A DNA stretch of 36,957 nucleotides from Pseudomonadota bacterium (GTDB taxonomy: Bacteria > Pseudomonadota > Alphaproteobacteria > Rhizobiales > Hyphomicrobiaceae): assembly GCA_039817205.1 (NCBI GenBank), contig JBCBWG010000001.1, positions 1-36,957 on the forward strand. The letters are read 5' to 3'. The notes below the pieces were generated by a model. That model was given only the letters and a program-made list of their open reading frames with translations. It had not been told where the DNA came from and made no database searches. This document shows positions 26,839 to 36,253 of the stretch, piece after piece; positions within the stretch are counted from its first letter, which is position 1, and the number at the start of each line of letters is the position of its first letter. A program made the position numbers and the translations under genes.

Positions 26839-27816
26839 ATGGCCAATGACCATCAAAACCGATCGCCTACCTGGCAACCGAACCGCCGCACGGTTTTGAC
26901 CGCCGTAGCATTGTCAGGCGCTGCGGGCGGCAGCCTTCTCATAACAGGGGGCGCATCATCGACCTTTGCAAGCGGACCCAAGAGCACGATCACCGTCGGC
27001 GACGTGACCGTCATGAGCCTGAGCGACGGTCACTTGGCGCTTCCCGAAGCGTTTGCCGCAAGCAACGTGCCCCCCGACCAGCGTCGCGCTGCCCTGCAGA
27101 AAGCGGGGCAGACCGGCGACATGTTGCGGTCACCGCTGAACGTCACGCTGATCACAACGAAGACGCAGCGCATCCTCGTCGATACAGGCTCGGGCGCCCG
27201 CTTCATGGCGAGCGCCGGCAAGCTGAGCAGCGCCTTGGGGGCGGCAAATGTCGCGCCGGACAGCATCACGAAGGTTGTCTTCACTCACGCGCACCCGGAC
27301 CACTGCTGGGGCACGCTCGATGACTTCGACGACCTGACGTTTGCCAATGCCGAGCATGTGATTTCTGAAGCCGAATGGGCATTCTGGATGGCCGACGACA
27401 CGGTATCGAAGCTGCCCGAAGATCGGAAAGCGTTCGGCGTCGGCGCGCAGCGGCAGCTCGGGGCTGCGAAAGACCAGACAAAAATGGTGAAGCCTGGAGA
27501 CGACATCGCAACCGGTATTCGGGTCGTGGATTCGGGCGGGCATACACCCGGCCATATCTCGCTTGAGGTTGGTACTGGCCGCGAGCGCCTCATGATCCTT
27601 GGCGACGCGCTGACCCATCCGGTGATTTCATTTGAGCATCCGGACTGGACGCCGGCCAGTGACCAGGATCCGGCCCGCGCGGTTAAAACTCGCCAGCGAC
27701 TGCTCTCCAAATTGGCCAGCGAAGAACAGCGCATCATTGGCTACCACCTGCCCTCTCCGGGCTTCGGGCGGGTCGTGAAACGCGGAACCGGGTACCGCTT
27801 TGAGGCCAATTCTTGA
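26839..27816 (+). CDS. Tat-exported MBL-fold metallohydrolase, SoxG/SoxH-like
   Basis: Twin-arginine leader (QPNRRTVLTAVALSGAAGG). Intact HAHPDH motif, and later GGHTPGH and LGD motifs. Confidence 0.8.
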   Translation: MANDHQNRSPTWQPNRRTVLTAVALSGAAGGSLLITGGASSTFASGPKSTITVGDVTVMSLSDGHLALPEAFAASNVPPDQRRAALQKAGQTGDMLRSPLNVTLITTKTQRILVDTGSGARFMASAGKLSSALGAANVAPDSITKVVFTHAHPDHCWGTLDDFDDLTFANAEHVISEAEWAFWMADDTVSKLPEDRKAFGVGAQRQLGAAKDQTKMVKPGDDIATGIRVVDSGGHTPGHISLEVGTGRERLMILGDALTHPVISFEHPDWTPASDQDPARAVKTRQRLLSKLASEEQRIIGYHLPSPGFGRVVKRGTGYRFEANS

Positions 27817-27878
27817 GGTGGGTTCCTGAGGCCGATTTTTGAGGCGAGTTCCAGAAGCCGATTTCTCAGACGAGTTCT
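27801..27878 (+). repeat. 26-bp tandem direct repeat, 3 units, spanning the stop codon of the preceding gene
   Basis: Unit A is 27801-27826 (tgaggccaattcttgaggtgggttcc). Unit B is 27827-27852 (tgaggccgatttttgaggcgagttcc). Unit C is 27853-27878 (agaagccgatttctcagacgagttct). A and B share 22/26 positions, and B and C share 20/26. Confidence 0.85.
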
Positions 27879-27951
27879 GGACGCAAACACCCGAGCGGCC
27901 TCAGCGCAACGGCACAGCTCAAAACACTGAAACAGATCACCGAGGCTCCCC

Positions 27952-28914
27952 ATGAATAGACAGGCGACGACGCTTTTCATCAGCTTGGCCGCAACCGCGC
28001 TCATGGTGCTCAACGTTCACGCAAGCCAGAAAATCAAAGATCAGTATCCGGGATCTGCGCTCTATCAAAAGCCGGTCGAAGTCATCCCGCACGTCTGGTC
28101 AGCGATCGGCGCGACGGCCCCGCCAACCTATGAAAACACGGGCCACAACAACAACCTGACCTTTATCGTCACGGGCGACGGCGTTGTCGTCATCAACGCG
28201 GGCGCAACGAACGCGCTCGCCCGCGCGCTCCACGACGAGATCAAAGCCATTACGAAGCAGCCCGTGAAACTCGTCATCAACGAGAACGGCCAGGGTCATG
28301 CGATGCTCGGCAATGGCTACTGGGCGGACCAGGGCGTCCCCATTCTGGCGCATGAGGATGCGAAGGCCGAGTTCGAAGAGAAAGGCGCCGATATTCTTGC
28401 GCGCATGCAGCAATACAATCGCGACAAAGCCGTCGATAGCCGAATTCAGCCGCCGAGCGAAACGTTCGATGACAAGAAGATCGTCAAGATGGGCCGGTTC
28501 ACGATCGAGGTTTTAAACCTCGGACCGGCACACTCACCGGGCGACATCACGGTCTGGCTCCCCGATCAGAAGCTCGCGATTGCGGGCGACATGGCGTTCC
28601 ACGAACGGATGCTGCCGATCTTCGATGACACCGATACCGCTGCATGGCTTCAGAGTTGGGAGACGTTCGAAAAGCTCGGAGCGCTGTACGTCATTCCTGG
28701 CCACGGACATCCAACGAATATGGCGCAGGTCCGGCGGTACACGAAAGACTATCTCGTGCACCTGAGAGCCAAAATAAAAGAGCATCTCGATAAAGGCGGC
28801 ACGCTCAAAGACGCCTACTACGTGGACCAAAGCGCATTCCGCAAACTCGATACTTTTGATGAGCTTGCGAAACGCAACGTTGGCCGCGGTTTCGAGCAAA
28901 TGGAATTCGAATAG
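27952..28914 (+). CDS. Sec-exported MBL-fold protein, SoxH-like, with degenerate first metal motif
   Basis: Signal peptide MNRQATTLFISLAATALMVLNVHA. MBL motifs GPAHSPGD, AGD and PGHGHP are present. The HxHxDH position reads NENGQGH. Confidence 0.75.
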   Translation: MNRQATTLFISLAATALMVLNVHASQKIKDQYPGSALYQKPVEVIPHVWSAIGATAPPTYENTGHNNNLTFIVTGDGVVVINAGATNALARALHDEIKAITKQPVKLVINENGQGHAMLGNGYWADQGVPILAHEDAKAEFEEKGADILARMQQYNRDKAVDSRIQPPSETFDDKKIVKMGRFTIEVLNLGPAHSPGDITVWLPDQKLAIAGDMAFHERMLPIFDDTDTAAWLQSWETFEKLGALYVIPGHGHPTNMAQVRRYTKDYLVHLRAKIKEHLDKGGTLKDAYYVDQSAFRKLDTFDELAKRNVGRGFEQMEFE

Positions 28915-28973
28915 CACCCAAACGCAGCGATCGAGGCGGCACGCTTAGCAGCTGGCATGCGGCGACTTAGGCC

Positions 28974-30050
28974 TTAACCTGGCGACATACCGCGAAGCCG
29001 CTCGGTGCGGCGGCGCAGGATCTCGATGGTCGTCAGGAGCACGATCGACAGCACGACGAGGACGGTCGCGACGGCCAGGATTGTTGGGCTGATCTGCTCG
29101 CGAATACCGGAGAACATTTGTCGAGGGATCGTGCGCTGGTCGACATCTGCGAGGAAGATCACGGCGACAACTTCGTCGAGAGAGGTAATAAACGCGAACA
29201 GCGCACCTGAGATCATGCCCGGCAGGATGAGCGGCATGATCACACGCCGGAAGGTCGTGATCTGACCGGCACCGAGGCTTTGCGACGCGCGGATGAGAGA
29301 CTGATCAAAGCCGCTGAGTGTTGCCGTCACGGTGATAATCACGAACGGCACACCGAGTGTGGCGTGGGCCAAGATCAAGCCGACGTACGTGTTCACCAAG
29401 CCGCCGGGGAAGAACGGGAAGAAGTCCTGTTTGGCATAGAAAAAAAACATGCCCGTCGCCGTGATCACCAAAGGCACGATCATTGGCGAGATGAGCAGGC
29501 TCGTGATGGCGGTGCGATACGGCATCTCCGGGCGCGACAGACCGAGGGCTGCCAGCGTGCCAAACGCCGTTGCAAGCGCCGTTGCCCAGAAAGCGATGAA
29601 GAACGAATTTCGGAACGCACCAATCCAAGTTGAGTTGGCCCACATGTCGGACCACCACGAGGCACCGGTCGCGTTCGGCTCGATCATGCCAAAGCGGAAA
29701 ATGTCACTGTACCAGCGGAGCGAATAAGCCTCCGGATCAAACGACATCATGCCGTCGGTGAAGGTGAAGTAGGGCTCCGCGTTGAACGAGAGCGGCATGA
29801 TCACCAAGATCGGCGTGATGAGAAAGATGAAGATCGCGGTGCAAGCGAGCAGGAAGACGTAGTGGCCCACGCGGTCGGTAATGCTCGCGTAGGGTGGCAA
29901 CTCTTTCATCGTCAACAACGGCATGCCGAACAGAAACAAAAAGCCGAGCGTCCCAAAGACTGAGCCCGTGTAAAAGCCGAACGCGATGGTTGCTGCGATT
30001 AGCAAACCGAATGCGGGCGAGCGGAGACGGGGTGACTGTGTGATCGACAT
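28974..30050 (-). CDS. ABC transporter permease (PotC-like, enlarged)
   Basis: The MetI/PotC-type EAA region reads SLIRASQSLGAGQITTFRRVIMP. Start taken at the ATG at 30050 (GAGGA SD motif), 10 nt after the upstream stop. Confidence 0.85.
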   Translation of the reverse strand: MSITQSPRLRSPAFGLLIAATIAFGFYTGSVFGTLGFLFLFGMPLLTMKELPPYASITDRVGHYVFLLACTAIFIFLITPILVIMPLSFNAEPYFTFTDGMMSFDPEAYSLRWYSDIFRFGMIEPNATGASWWSDMWANSTWIGAFRNSFFIAFWATALATAFGTLAALGLSRPEMPYRTAITSLLISPMIVPLVITATGMFFFYAKQDFFPFFPGGLVNTYVGLILAHATLGVPFVIITVTATLSGFDQSLIRASQSLGAGQITTFRRVIMPLILPGMISGALFAFITSLDEVVAVIFLADVDQRTIPRQMFSGIREQISPTILAVATVLVVLSIVLLTTIEILRRRTERLRGMSPG

Positions 30051-30060
30051 GGTTCCGTCC

Positions 30061-31365
30061 TCACCCGAACTTAAGTTTGTCGATGCCAACGAGCCGGTTG
30101 TAGAGCCAGTAAAGCACGAGCACGATCACAAGAAGGATCGTGCCGAGTGCGGCTCCAAGGCTCCAGTTCAGCGTGGACTGGATGTGGCCGGCGATCAGGT
30201 TTGAAATCAGCAAGCCATCGTTGCCGCCGACGAGCGCTGGCGTGATGTAATAACCGATCGCCAGGATGAAGACGAGCAACGTCCCAGCAGCAATTCCAGG
30301 CACCGTTTGCGGGAAATAGACCCGCGTAAACGCATAAGGGAAACTCGCGCCCATCGATTGCGCGGCCCGCATGTAACTTGGCGGGATCGTCTTCATCACG
30401 CTGTAAAGCGGCAGGATCATAAACGGCAGCAGAATGTGCACCATCGCGATCACGGTGCCGGTCTGGTTATAGATCATCTGGATGCGGCCATCATCGCCGA
30501 TGAAGCCAAGAGAGACGAAGACGTCGTTCAACACGCCTTGTGTTTGTAGCATCGCAATCCAAGCCGTCGTTCGCACGAGCAGCGATGTCCAAAACGGCAG
30601 CAGGACGAGGATCATCAAGAGATTGGATTTGCTGAGCGGTAGCGTCGACAACAAATAGGCGACCGGATAGGCGAGTATAAAACAGAGAAACGTAATTAGC
30701 GCCGACAGCCAAAGCGTCTTAAGCAGGATCGGAATGTAAATCCGATACAGTTCATCGGCGCGAACGATCGTGTTGTTGGCATCATATCGGCGATCGAGCG
30801 CTGCCAGATAAAACGACAAGGTCGTGTCTTGCGTCGCCCTCTGGAGGACCACCCAAACTTCCGGGTTTTCCCAACGCTTATCGATTGCGATCAGCTTTTC
30901 GAGAAAGGGGCCCTCGGTGATGCGGCGCGCTCGCCTCGCGGTTTTGGTGATTAAGCTTCGGGAACCTGGCAGTTCGTAGTTCACGCGCGTTGCGAGGTTG
31001 CCAACTGTCTTGCCAACTTCACGGACCCGCCGGGCACGCGCCAGATCTTTGACAAAGATTTCGACGGCTTCCTCAGGCGGCGTTCCCTTGCCGTCCCACT
31101 CACGAATCGCCTCGGCGAACGTCGGGACAACATTTCCACCGACGGGATTGTAGAAGGATCGAACAAGCATCTCGCCGATCGGCAAGACGAATGAGATTAC
31201 GACAAAAAGAACGAGGGGAAGGGTGTAGAAAAATGCGCGACGGCGAGCGGCCGCAGTGGTCCGTGCAAGCTTCGTCTTAAGCGGCACACCATCTGCTGCA
31301 ATCAGCGTTTCTGCGCGCTCCGAAGGTGCAGGCGTTGCACCAGCCGACATGGCAGCATCCGTCAT
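30061..31365 (-). CDS. ABC transporter permease (PotB-like, with about 150 aa loop between TM1 and TM2)
   Basis: EAA region SYMRAAQSMGASFPYAFTRVYFP. 434 aa. Confidence 0.85.
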   Translation of the reverse strand: MTDAAMSAGATPAPSERAETLIAADGVPLKTKLARTTAAARRRAFFYTLPLVLFVVISFVLPIGEMLVRSFYNPVGGNVVPTFAEAIREWDGKGTPPEEAVEIFVKDLARARRVREVGKTVGNLATRVNYELPGSRSLITKTARRARRITEGPFLEKLIAIDKRWENPEVWVVLQRATQDTTLSFYLAALDRRYDANNTIVRADELYRIYIPILLKTLWLSALITFLCFILAYPVAYLLSTLPLSKSNLLMILVLLPFWTSLLVRTTAWIAMLQTQGVLNDVFVSLGFIGDDGRIQMIYNQTGTVIAMVHILLPFMILPLYSVMKTIPPSYMRAAQSMGASFPYAFTRVYFPQTVPGIAAGTLLVFILAIGYYITPALVGGNDGLLISNLIAGHIQSTLNWSLGAALGTILLVIVLVLYWLYNRLVGIDKLKFG

Positions 31366-31429
31366 GGGCGAACCGAGATCCGATCTTGAGACTTCCGATG
31401 TGTTGACCGCACGCGGCAGACCCTACGAA

Positions 31430-31465
31430 GAGAGCGGCGCATCCGGTGTCAGATGCGCCGCTCTC
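31430..31465 (-). other. Intercistronic stem-loop immediately after the binding-protein gene
   Basis: A 14-bp perfect stem (GAGAGCGGCGCATC, 8-nt loop, GATGCGCCGCTCTC) begins 6 nt after the stop codon on the minus strand. No U-tract. Confidence 0.6.
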
Positions 31466-31471
31466 GAAGAG

Positions 31472-32593
31472 TTAGCCTTTTGCCAACCACGCGTTGAACC
31501 GCTCTTTGAGCTGGTCTGCGTTGTCGGCCCAGTACTCGAAGTTGTTCTGGACGGCATTCGTCAGGTTCTCAGGTGCCGTTGGCATCTGCGGACCCATATC
31601 GATGTCTTTGTTGTGGTACTTGCCGACCAAACCCGATGACGACTTGCGGGCTGGACCGTAGGAAATCCACGAAGCCTGAGCCGCAAGCTGCTCGGTCGAT
31701 GTCGAGAACTTCAAGAAGTCCATCGCGAGGTCTTTGTTCGGAGCGCCCTTTGGAATGACCCAGAGGTCGAGGTCCCAAACCTGGCCGTCCCAGACAATTT
31801 CAAACGGTTTGCCTTCACCGGCAACCGCGTTGAAGATACGTCCATTGTAGGCCGTCGTCATGACGACTTCACCGTCAGCCAGAAGCTGTGGGGGCTGAGC
31901 GCCAGCTTCCCACCACACGACCGAGCTCTTGATCGTGTCGAGTTTGGCGAATGCGCGGTTAACACCTTCCGGGGTGGCGAGCACTTTGTAGACGTCCTTG
32001 GCCGGAACGCCGTCAGCGATCAGTGCGAACTCGAGGTTCACCTTCGCGCCTTTGCGCAGGCCACGCTTGCCCGGGAATTTCTTCAGGTCGAAGAAATCGG
32101 CCATCGTCGTTGGCTTTGCACCGGTGAACTTCGTCTTGTCGTAGGCAAAGATTGTCGACCAGACGATGTTCGCAACCGCGCACTCATAGAGCGTGCCCGG
32201 AAGGAAATCCTTCGTCGCGGCCGTGCCGTCTTTGCCAGCTGGCAGCTTCGAGTGATCGATCGTCTCAAGCAGGCCTTCGTCGCAGGCCCGAATAGCGTCT
32301 GACAGTTCGACGTCGACGATGTCCCAGGAGACTTTGCCGCCTTCGACCTGTGCTTTGATTTCTGCGATGCCGCCGTTGTAGTCCTGCGACTTGATCTTTG
32401 CGCCATCGCAAGCTTTGACGAACGGCTTATGATAGGCTTCGACTTGCGATTTCGTGTAGGCACCGCCCCACGAGACCACTGTCATTTCGCCAGGCTTACC
32501 GCAAACGTCGGCGCGCGCATCGGTTGCGCCACCGGCGGTGACGGCCAATCCAGCGGCAACGGCGAGGCCGGCTGCGTAGATGGTTGGTTTCAT
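31472..32593 (-). CDS. ABC transporter periplasmic substrate-binding protein (PotD/PotF-like family)
   Basis: Signal peptide MKPTIYAAGLAVAAGLAVTAGGATDARA. 373 aa, with the size and composition of a family-1 solute-binding protein. Confidence 0.8.
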   Translation of the reverse strand: MKPTIYAAGLAVAAGLAVTAGGATDARADVCGKPGEMTVVSWGGAYTKSQVEAYHKPFVKACDGAKIKSQDYNGGIAEIKAQVEGGKVSWDIVDVELSDAIRACDEGLLETIDHSKLPAGKDGTAATKDFLPGTLYECAVANIVWSTIFAYDKTKFTGAKPTTMADFFDLKKFPGKRGLRKGAKVNLEFALIADGVPAKDVYKVLATPEGVNRAFAKLDTIKSSVVWWEAGAQPPQLLADGEVVMTTAYNGRIFNAVAGEGKPFEIVWDGQVWDLDLWVIPKGAPNKDLAMDFLKFSTSTEQLAAQASWISYGPARKSSSGLVGKYHNKDIDMGPQMPTAPENLTNAVQNNFEYWADNADQLKERFNAWLAKG

Positions 32594-32677
32594 CCCTAAT
32601 CCACTCCTCTCAGTTTAACGCGATGACGTCTTTTGTGCTGAACCGCGCGTTACCGGTTCGACTGCGATCCTGCAGCT

Positions 32678-33790
32678 TCACTGCAACGGATCGAGAGCCC
32701 TGCAATCATCTGTCGCCCACCCGACCGGCACCGTCTCACCTTCGCGGAAGGCGCGCGTCTCGGCGCTGTTCGGGATCTTGACGACGAAGTCTTCGGTGGC
32801 AGCGACCTTCATCACGGCGCGAATGTGATCGCCGTGGTAGATTAACTCTACGATTTTACCTTCGAGCACGTTCGGCACAGCATCCGGCTTCGCGCCTAAG
32901 AAAACGCGCTCGGGCCGCAGCGACAGCGAGGTTTCACTGCCAGCTGCGCCGACGTTGACGGCGCGGGCGCTGACCCGTTCGCCGGAGGTCAGCTGGACGT
33001 GGCAGGTCTCGCCATCCACCGCCTCGACCTTGCCGGAGAGCTTGTTGTTCTCGCCGATGAACTGAGCGACGAAGCTATTCTCAGGTCGCTCGTAGAGTTC
33101 CGCCGGTGTGGATAACTGCTGAATGACGCCATCGTTGAACACGGCAATCCGGTTCGACATCGTCAAGGCCTCGGATTGGTCGTGGGTCACATACACGACC
33201 GTAACACCCAGTCGTTCGTGGATGTGCTTGATCTCGTACTGCATCTGCTCGCGGAGCTGCTTATCAAGCGCTCCAAGCGGTTCATCCATCAGGACGAGGC
33301 TCGGTTCAAATACGAGGGCACGCGCAACCGCCACGCGCTGTTGTTGACCGCCGGACAACTGCGCCGGCCGACGTCCACCGAAGCCACCGAGCTCAACCAT
33401 GTCGAGCACACGATCCACGCGCTGCTTTGTCTCCGCGCGCGACATGCCGCGCACCTGAAGCGGGAACGCGAGGTTCTCGTTCACCGACATATGCGGAAAG
33501 AGCGCGTAGTTTTGGAAAACCATGCCGATGCCGCGCTTGTTCGGCGGCAGGCTGTTGATCGGATTTCCACCAAGGAAGATTTCGCCATGCGTCGCAGGTT
33601 CAAACCCAGCGAGCATCATGAGGCAGGTCGTTTTGCCGGACCCCGAAGGACCCAGCATGGTCAAGAACTCGCCTTGCGCGATATCGAGATTGAGGTCTTT
33701 GACGACGAGAATTTCCCCGTCGTAGCTCTTTTGAACGTTCTGGAAACGGACAAATGGGTCAACTACCGTAGTTCCGATCGTCGCCTCCAT
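32678..33790 (-). CDS. ABC transporter ATP-binding protein (PotA-like with C-terminal TOBE-type domain)
   Basis: Walker A GPSGSGKTT, signature LSGGQQQR, Walker B LVLMDEP. 370 aa. Confidence 0.9.
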   Translation of the reverse strand: MEATIGTTVVDPFVRFQNVQKSYDGEILVVKDLNLDIAQGEFLTMLGPSGSGKTTCLMMLAGFEPATHGEIFLGGNPINSLPPNKRGIGMVFQNYALFPHMSVNENLAFPLQVRGMSRAETKQRVDRVLDMVELGGFGGRRPAQLSGGQQQRVAVARALVFEPSLVLMDEPLGALDKQLREQMQYEIKHIHERLGVTVVYVTHDQSEALTMSNRIAVFNDGVIQQLSTPAELYERPENSFVAQFIGENNKLSGKVEAVDGETCHVQLTSGERVSARAVNVGAAGSETSLSLRPERVFLGAKPDAVPNVLEGKIVELIYHGDHIRAVMKVAATEDFVVKIPNSAETRAFREGETVPVGWATDDCRALDPLQ

Positions 33791-34042
33791 CGTCCTTCAA
33801 ACCGAATACGCCGTGCAGACACCACGCGCCTCCGCGTCCTATACCGCAACTTCCCGCAGGACTGAGCCAAATAATGAGGCAAAATCACGAGGATTGCGCT
33901 TCGTTTTTCGACATTTCTCTACACTGCTTAAGACGCTAGCAGCGGCCAGGACGTCAAACAAGCGCGAACGAGCGGCAGGCTGTAAAGAGATTTGCCGAAG
34001 AACAAAGCAATCATTCGACTGCATAATTTGGACGCGTCGGCA

Positions 34043-35164
34043 TCAGGGCTGCTTTGGGAAGTAGTCCTCGCACGTGCCCTCGCGATAGACATCGGCCGTC
34101 GCGCAATGGAGCGCGCCGCCGAAGGCATACGCATCGCGGAACGGCACCGGAATGACCTCGAAGCCAAGCTGATCAAACTGGTCCATCTGGTGAATTTCGC
34201 TCGCCTCAACGCACACCGTTTTCTGGTCGAGCATCAGAACGTTCATCGATAGCCAGACCGATGAGTAACAAAGGGGAGGTGGCGCATTGTGGGCTGGTCT
34301 TGCGGCCTCGATAATCTCCCAGTCATTTTTCTCGAACAGCGCACGTTGGTCTTTTGGCAACGGACGTTCGGGATTGTTGATGATGAGGCCGGGGCGTAGC
34401 GGCGTGAACGTCGCGTCGATGTGGATCGGATATGGGTCGCCTGGAAAGTTGACGGCATGGACGCGGTGATTGGGGAAATGCCGCCGCAGCCAGTCAATGC
34501 CTTTCAAGTTCGTTGTAAAACCATGCTGGACGACGAGATCGCGACCGAACCGCAAGACGTCGGCTGCATCAAACAAAGGCTCTTCGTCCGTTGTCACGAA
34601 GAACTTCTCGGCCGCCCACTGCAGCCGCTTCTCGACCCCAATTTTGTCTGACAGATAGTCCGGCCGGTAGTCCGCATCGGTCATCCTCGGCTTCGGCGCG
34701 GCCTCGTGGCGCATGTTTGGGTCTTCGTCGTAGTAACGCTGCAACAGAGGTCGGTAACAAAGATATTCGAAGAAGCGGCACCGATAGGACATCGTCGCCT
34801 CGAGCATCTCATTGCCGACGGTCAGAAGAACGTCGCGCGCAGGCATCGTCCCAAACATGGAGCCCGCCTCCCAATCGGGGGTCGCAATCGGTTGATTGAA
34901 ATCGATCGGTGTCGGCCGGTCGACCCGAACGCCACGGCTTTCGAGAATTTTCACAAACCCGTCGAGCTGCTCATTCGCACGCTCAACGGTCTCGGCCGGG
35001 CGCGGACCCCATTGGCCACGCATGTCTGAATCTTCCGGCACCTTCGCATCGAGCGCCGGCTCAGGCGGTGGGATGCAACATCCATCAGCCACACCGACAA
35101 TCACGTGCTTGAGTGGGTCCCACTCGTTCCAAGAATTTACACGGGTCGGTGCGTCGTGTTGCAT
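34043..35164 (-). CDS. AGAT-family amidinotransferase (L-arginine:glycine amidinotransferase / StrB1-like)
   Basis: The ATG at 35164 is preceded by GGAGGA. By eye the product is collinear with AGAT along its whole length: VNSWNEWDPLKHVIVG, MPARDVLL, CRFFEY, AAPKPRMTD, PLFDAADVLRFGRD, PIHIDATF, WLSMNVLMLD, and the catalytic-Cys motif GGALHCAT. Confidence 0.85.
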   Translation of the reverse strand: MQHDAPTRVNSWNEWDPLKHVIVGVADGCCIPPPEPALDAKVPEDSDMRGQWGPRPAETVERANEQLDGFVKILESRGVRVDRPTPIDFNQPIATPDWEAGSMFGTMPARDVLLTVGNEMLEATMSYRCRFFEYLCYRPLLQRYYDEDPNMRHEAAPKPRMTDADYRPDYLSDKIGVEKRLQWAAEKFFVTTDEEPLFDAADVLRFGRDLVVQHGFTTNLKGIDWLRRHFPNHRVHAVNFPGDPYPIHIDATFTPLRPGLIINNPERPLPKDQRALFEKNDWEIIEAARPAHNAPPPLCYSSVWLSMNVLMLDQKTVCVEASEIHQMDQFDQLGFEVIPVPFRDAYAFGGALHCATADVYREGTCEDYFPKQP

Positions 35165-35287
35165 GGTGTCCTCCACTCGTCAGTCCGTCTCGCCTTGTCG
35201 CCGAACCCTGTGCCACATTGCACGACTTGAAGCGACCGTCCCTGTTGCCCGAGCGAACGAAACCCATCACCGAAAGGTCGTTGCAGA

Positions 35288-36253
35288 ATGTCAGATCACG
35301 CCTACGAGAGTGGCCGCCTGAATTTGCCGTTCGTCGGCATCTGCACATTTGGGAAATGGCCATACGTCGAGGACTGGTCGCGCTTGCAGGCGGATGTCGC
35401 GGTCCTTGGCGCGCCCTTTGATTTCGGAACTCAATGGAGGGCCGGTGCGCGCCAGGGCCCGCGCGGCATCCGCGAAGCGTCCACGCTGTTCTCGTTTGGG
35501 CATGCAGGCGCCTACGACCATGAAGACGATGTCACGTACCTGCCGGCCGGGCAGTTTCGTCTCGTCGACATTGGCGATGCGGACATCATTCACACGAACA
35601 CAGAGCAGAGCCACGCCAACATCGAGGCGGGCGTTCGCGCCATTCTTGCAGCCGGTGCTCTGCCAGTTGTCCTTGGCGGTGACCACTCGATCAACATTCC
35701 CTGCATCAATGCATTTTCAGACCAAGAGCCGATCCACGTGGTCCAAATCGATGCACACCTTGATTTCGTCGATGAGCGACACGGCGTGCGTTACGGGCAT
35801 GGCAACCCGATGCGACGGGCGGCCGAAAAAAGTTACGTGACCGGGCTCTCGCAAATCGGAATCCGCAACGTGTCGTCCACCGCGCGCGATGGCTATGAAG
35901 ATGCACGGCGCATGGGTTCTGACATCTTGTCCGTCCGCCAGTTCCGGACGCTCGGCGCGAACGCCGTGCTGGACCGCATCCCGCCCGGCAAACGCTATTA
36001 CGTGACGATCGATATTGATGGCTTTGACCCATCGATCGCAGCGGGGACCGGGACACCGAGCCACGGCGGATTTCTCTATTACGAAGTTCTCGAGTTCCTC
36101 GATGGCCTTGCCAAGCGCGGCGAGATCGTCGGCATCGATCTCGTCGAAGTGGCGCCCGACTATGACCCGACAACTTCCACCGCGACGCTTGCAGCCCAGC
36201 TTCTCATGAACGTCATCGGCCGCGTGCTGCATCAAAGGGGTGCCGCCGCGTGA
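35288..36253 (+). CDS. Agmatinase/arginase-family ureohydrolase 1
   Basis: Mn-ligand motifs LGGDHSI, QIDAHLDF and TIDIDGFDP. 321 aa. Confidence 0.88.
   Translation: MSDHAYESGRLNLPFVGICTFGKWPYVEDWSRLQADVAVLGAPFDFGTQWRAGARQGPRGIREASTLFSFGHAGAYDHEDDVTYLPAGQFRLVDIGDADIIHTNTEQSHANIEAGVRAILAAGALPVVLGGDHSINIPCINAFSDQEPIHVVQIDAHLDFVDERHGVRYGHGNPMRRAAEKSYVTGLSQIGIRNVSSTARDGYEDARRMGSDILSVRQFRTLGANAVLDRIPPGKRYYVTIDIDGFDPSIAAGTGTPSHGGFLYYEVLEFLDGLAKRGEIVGIDLVEVAPDYDPTTSTATLAAQLLMNVIGRVLHQRGAAA

Noticed and set aside
25407-26849. 480-aa plus-strand ORF
   Set aside because: It lies entirely antisense to the YeeE/YedE gene. The product is low-complexity and P/A/S/T/R-rich, with no motifs. This is a typical high-GC antisense artefact.
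13682-28914. The sox cluster as a horizontally inserted island separating the urea-consuming and urea-producing modules
   Set aside because: There are no flanking direct repeats, integrase, IS remnants, or compositional break that I can see by eye. The tRNA at the left edge points out of the window and its 3' end is not visible.
33791-34042. Looked for guanidine riboswitches (ykkC, mini-ykkC, ykkC-III) upstream of the ABC importer and in 35165-35287 upstream of the ureohydrolases
   Set aside because: I found no CUAGGGUUCCG / GGUCCGAGAG core, no paired ACGR-loop hairpins, and no CCGGACGAGGUG-type pseudoknot sequence on either strand. A covariance-model scan (Rfam) would be the decisive test.
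33813-34064. Small ORFs (83 aa plus strand, 61 aa minus strand) in the 252-nt spacer upstream of the ABC ATPase gene
   Set aside because: There is no SD motif and no recognisable motif, and the composition is Arg/Ser-rich. This is more likely a promoter/5'-UTR region.
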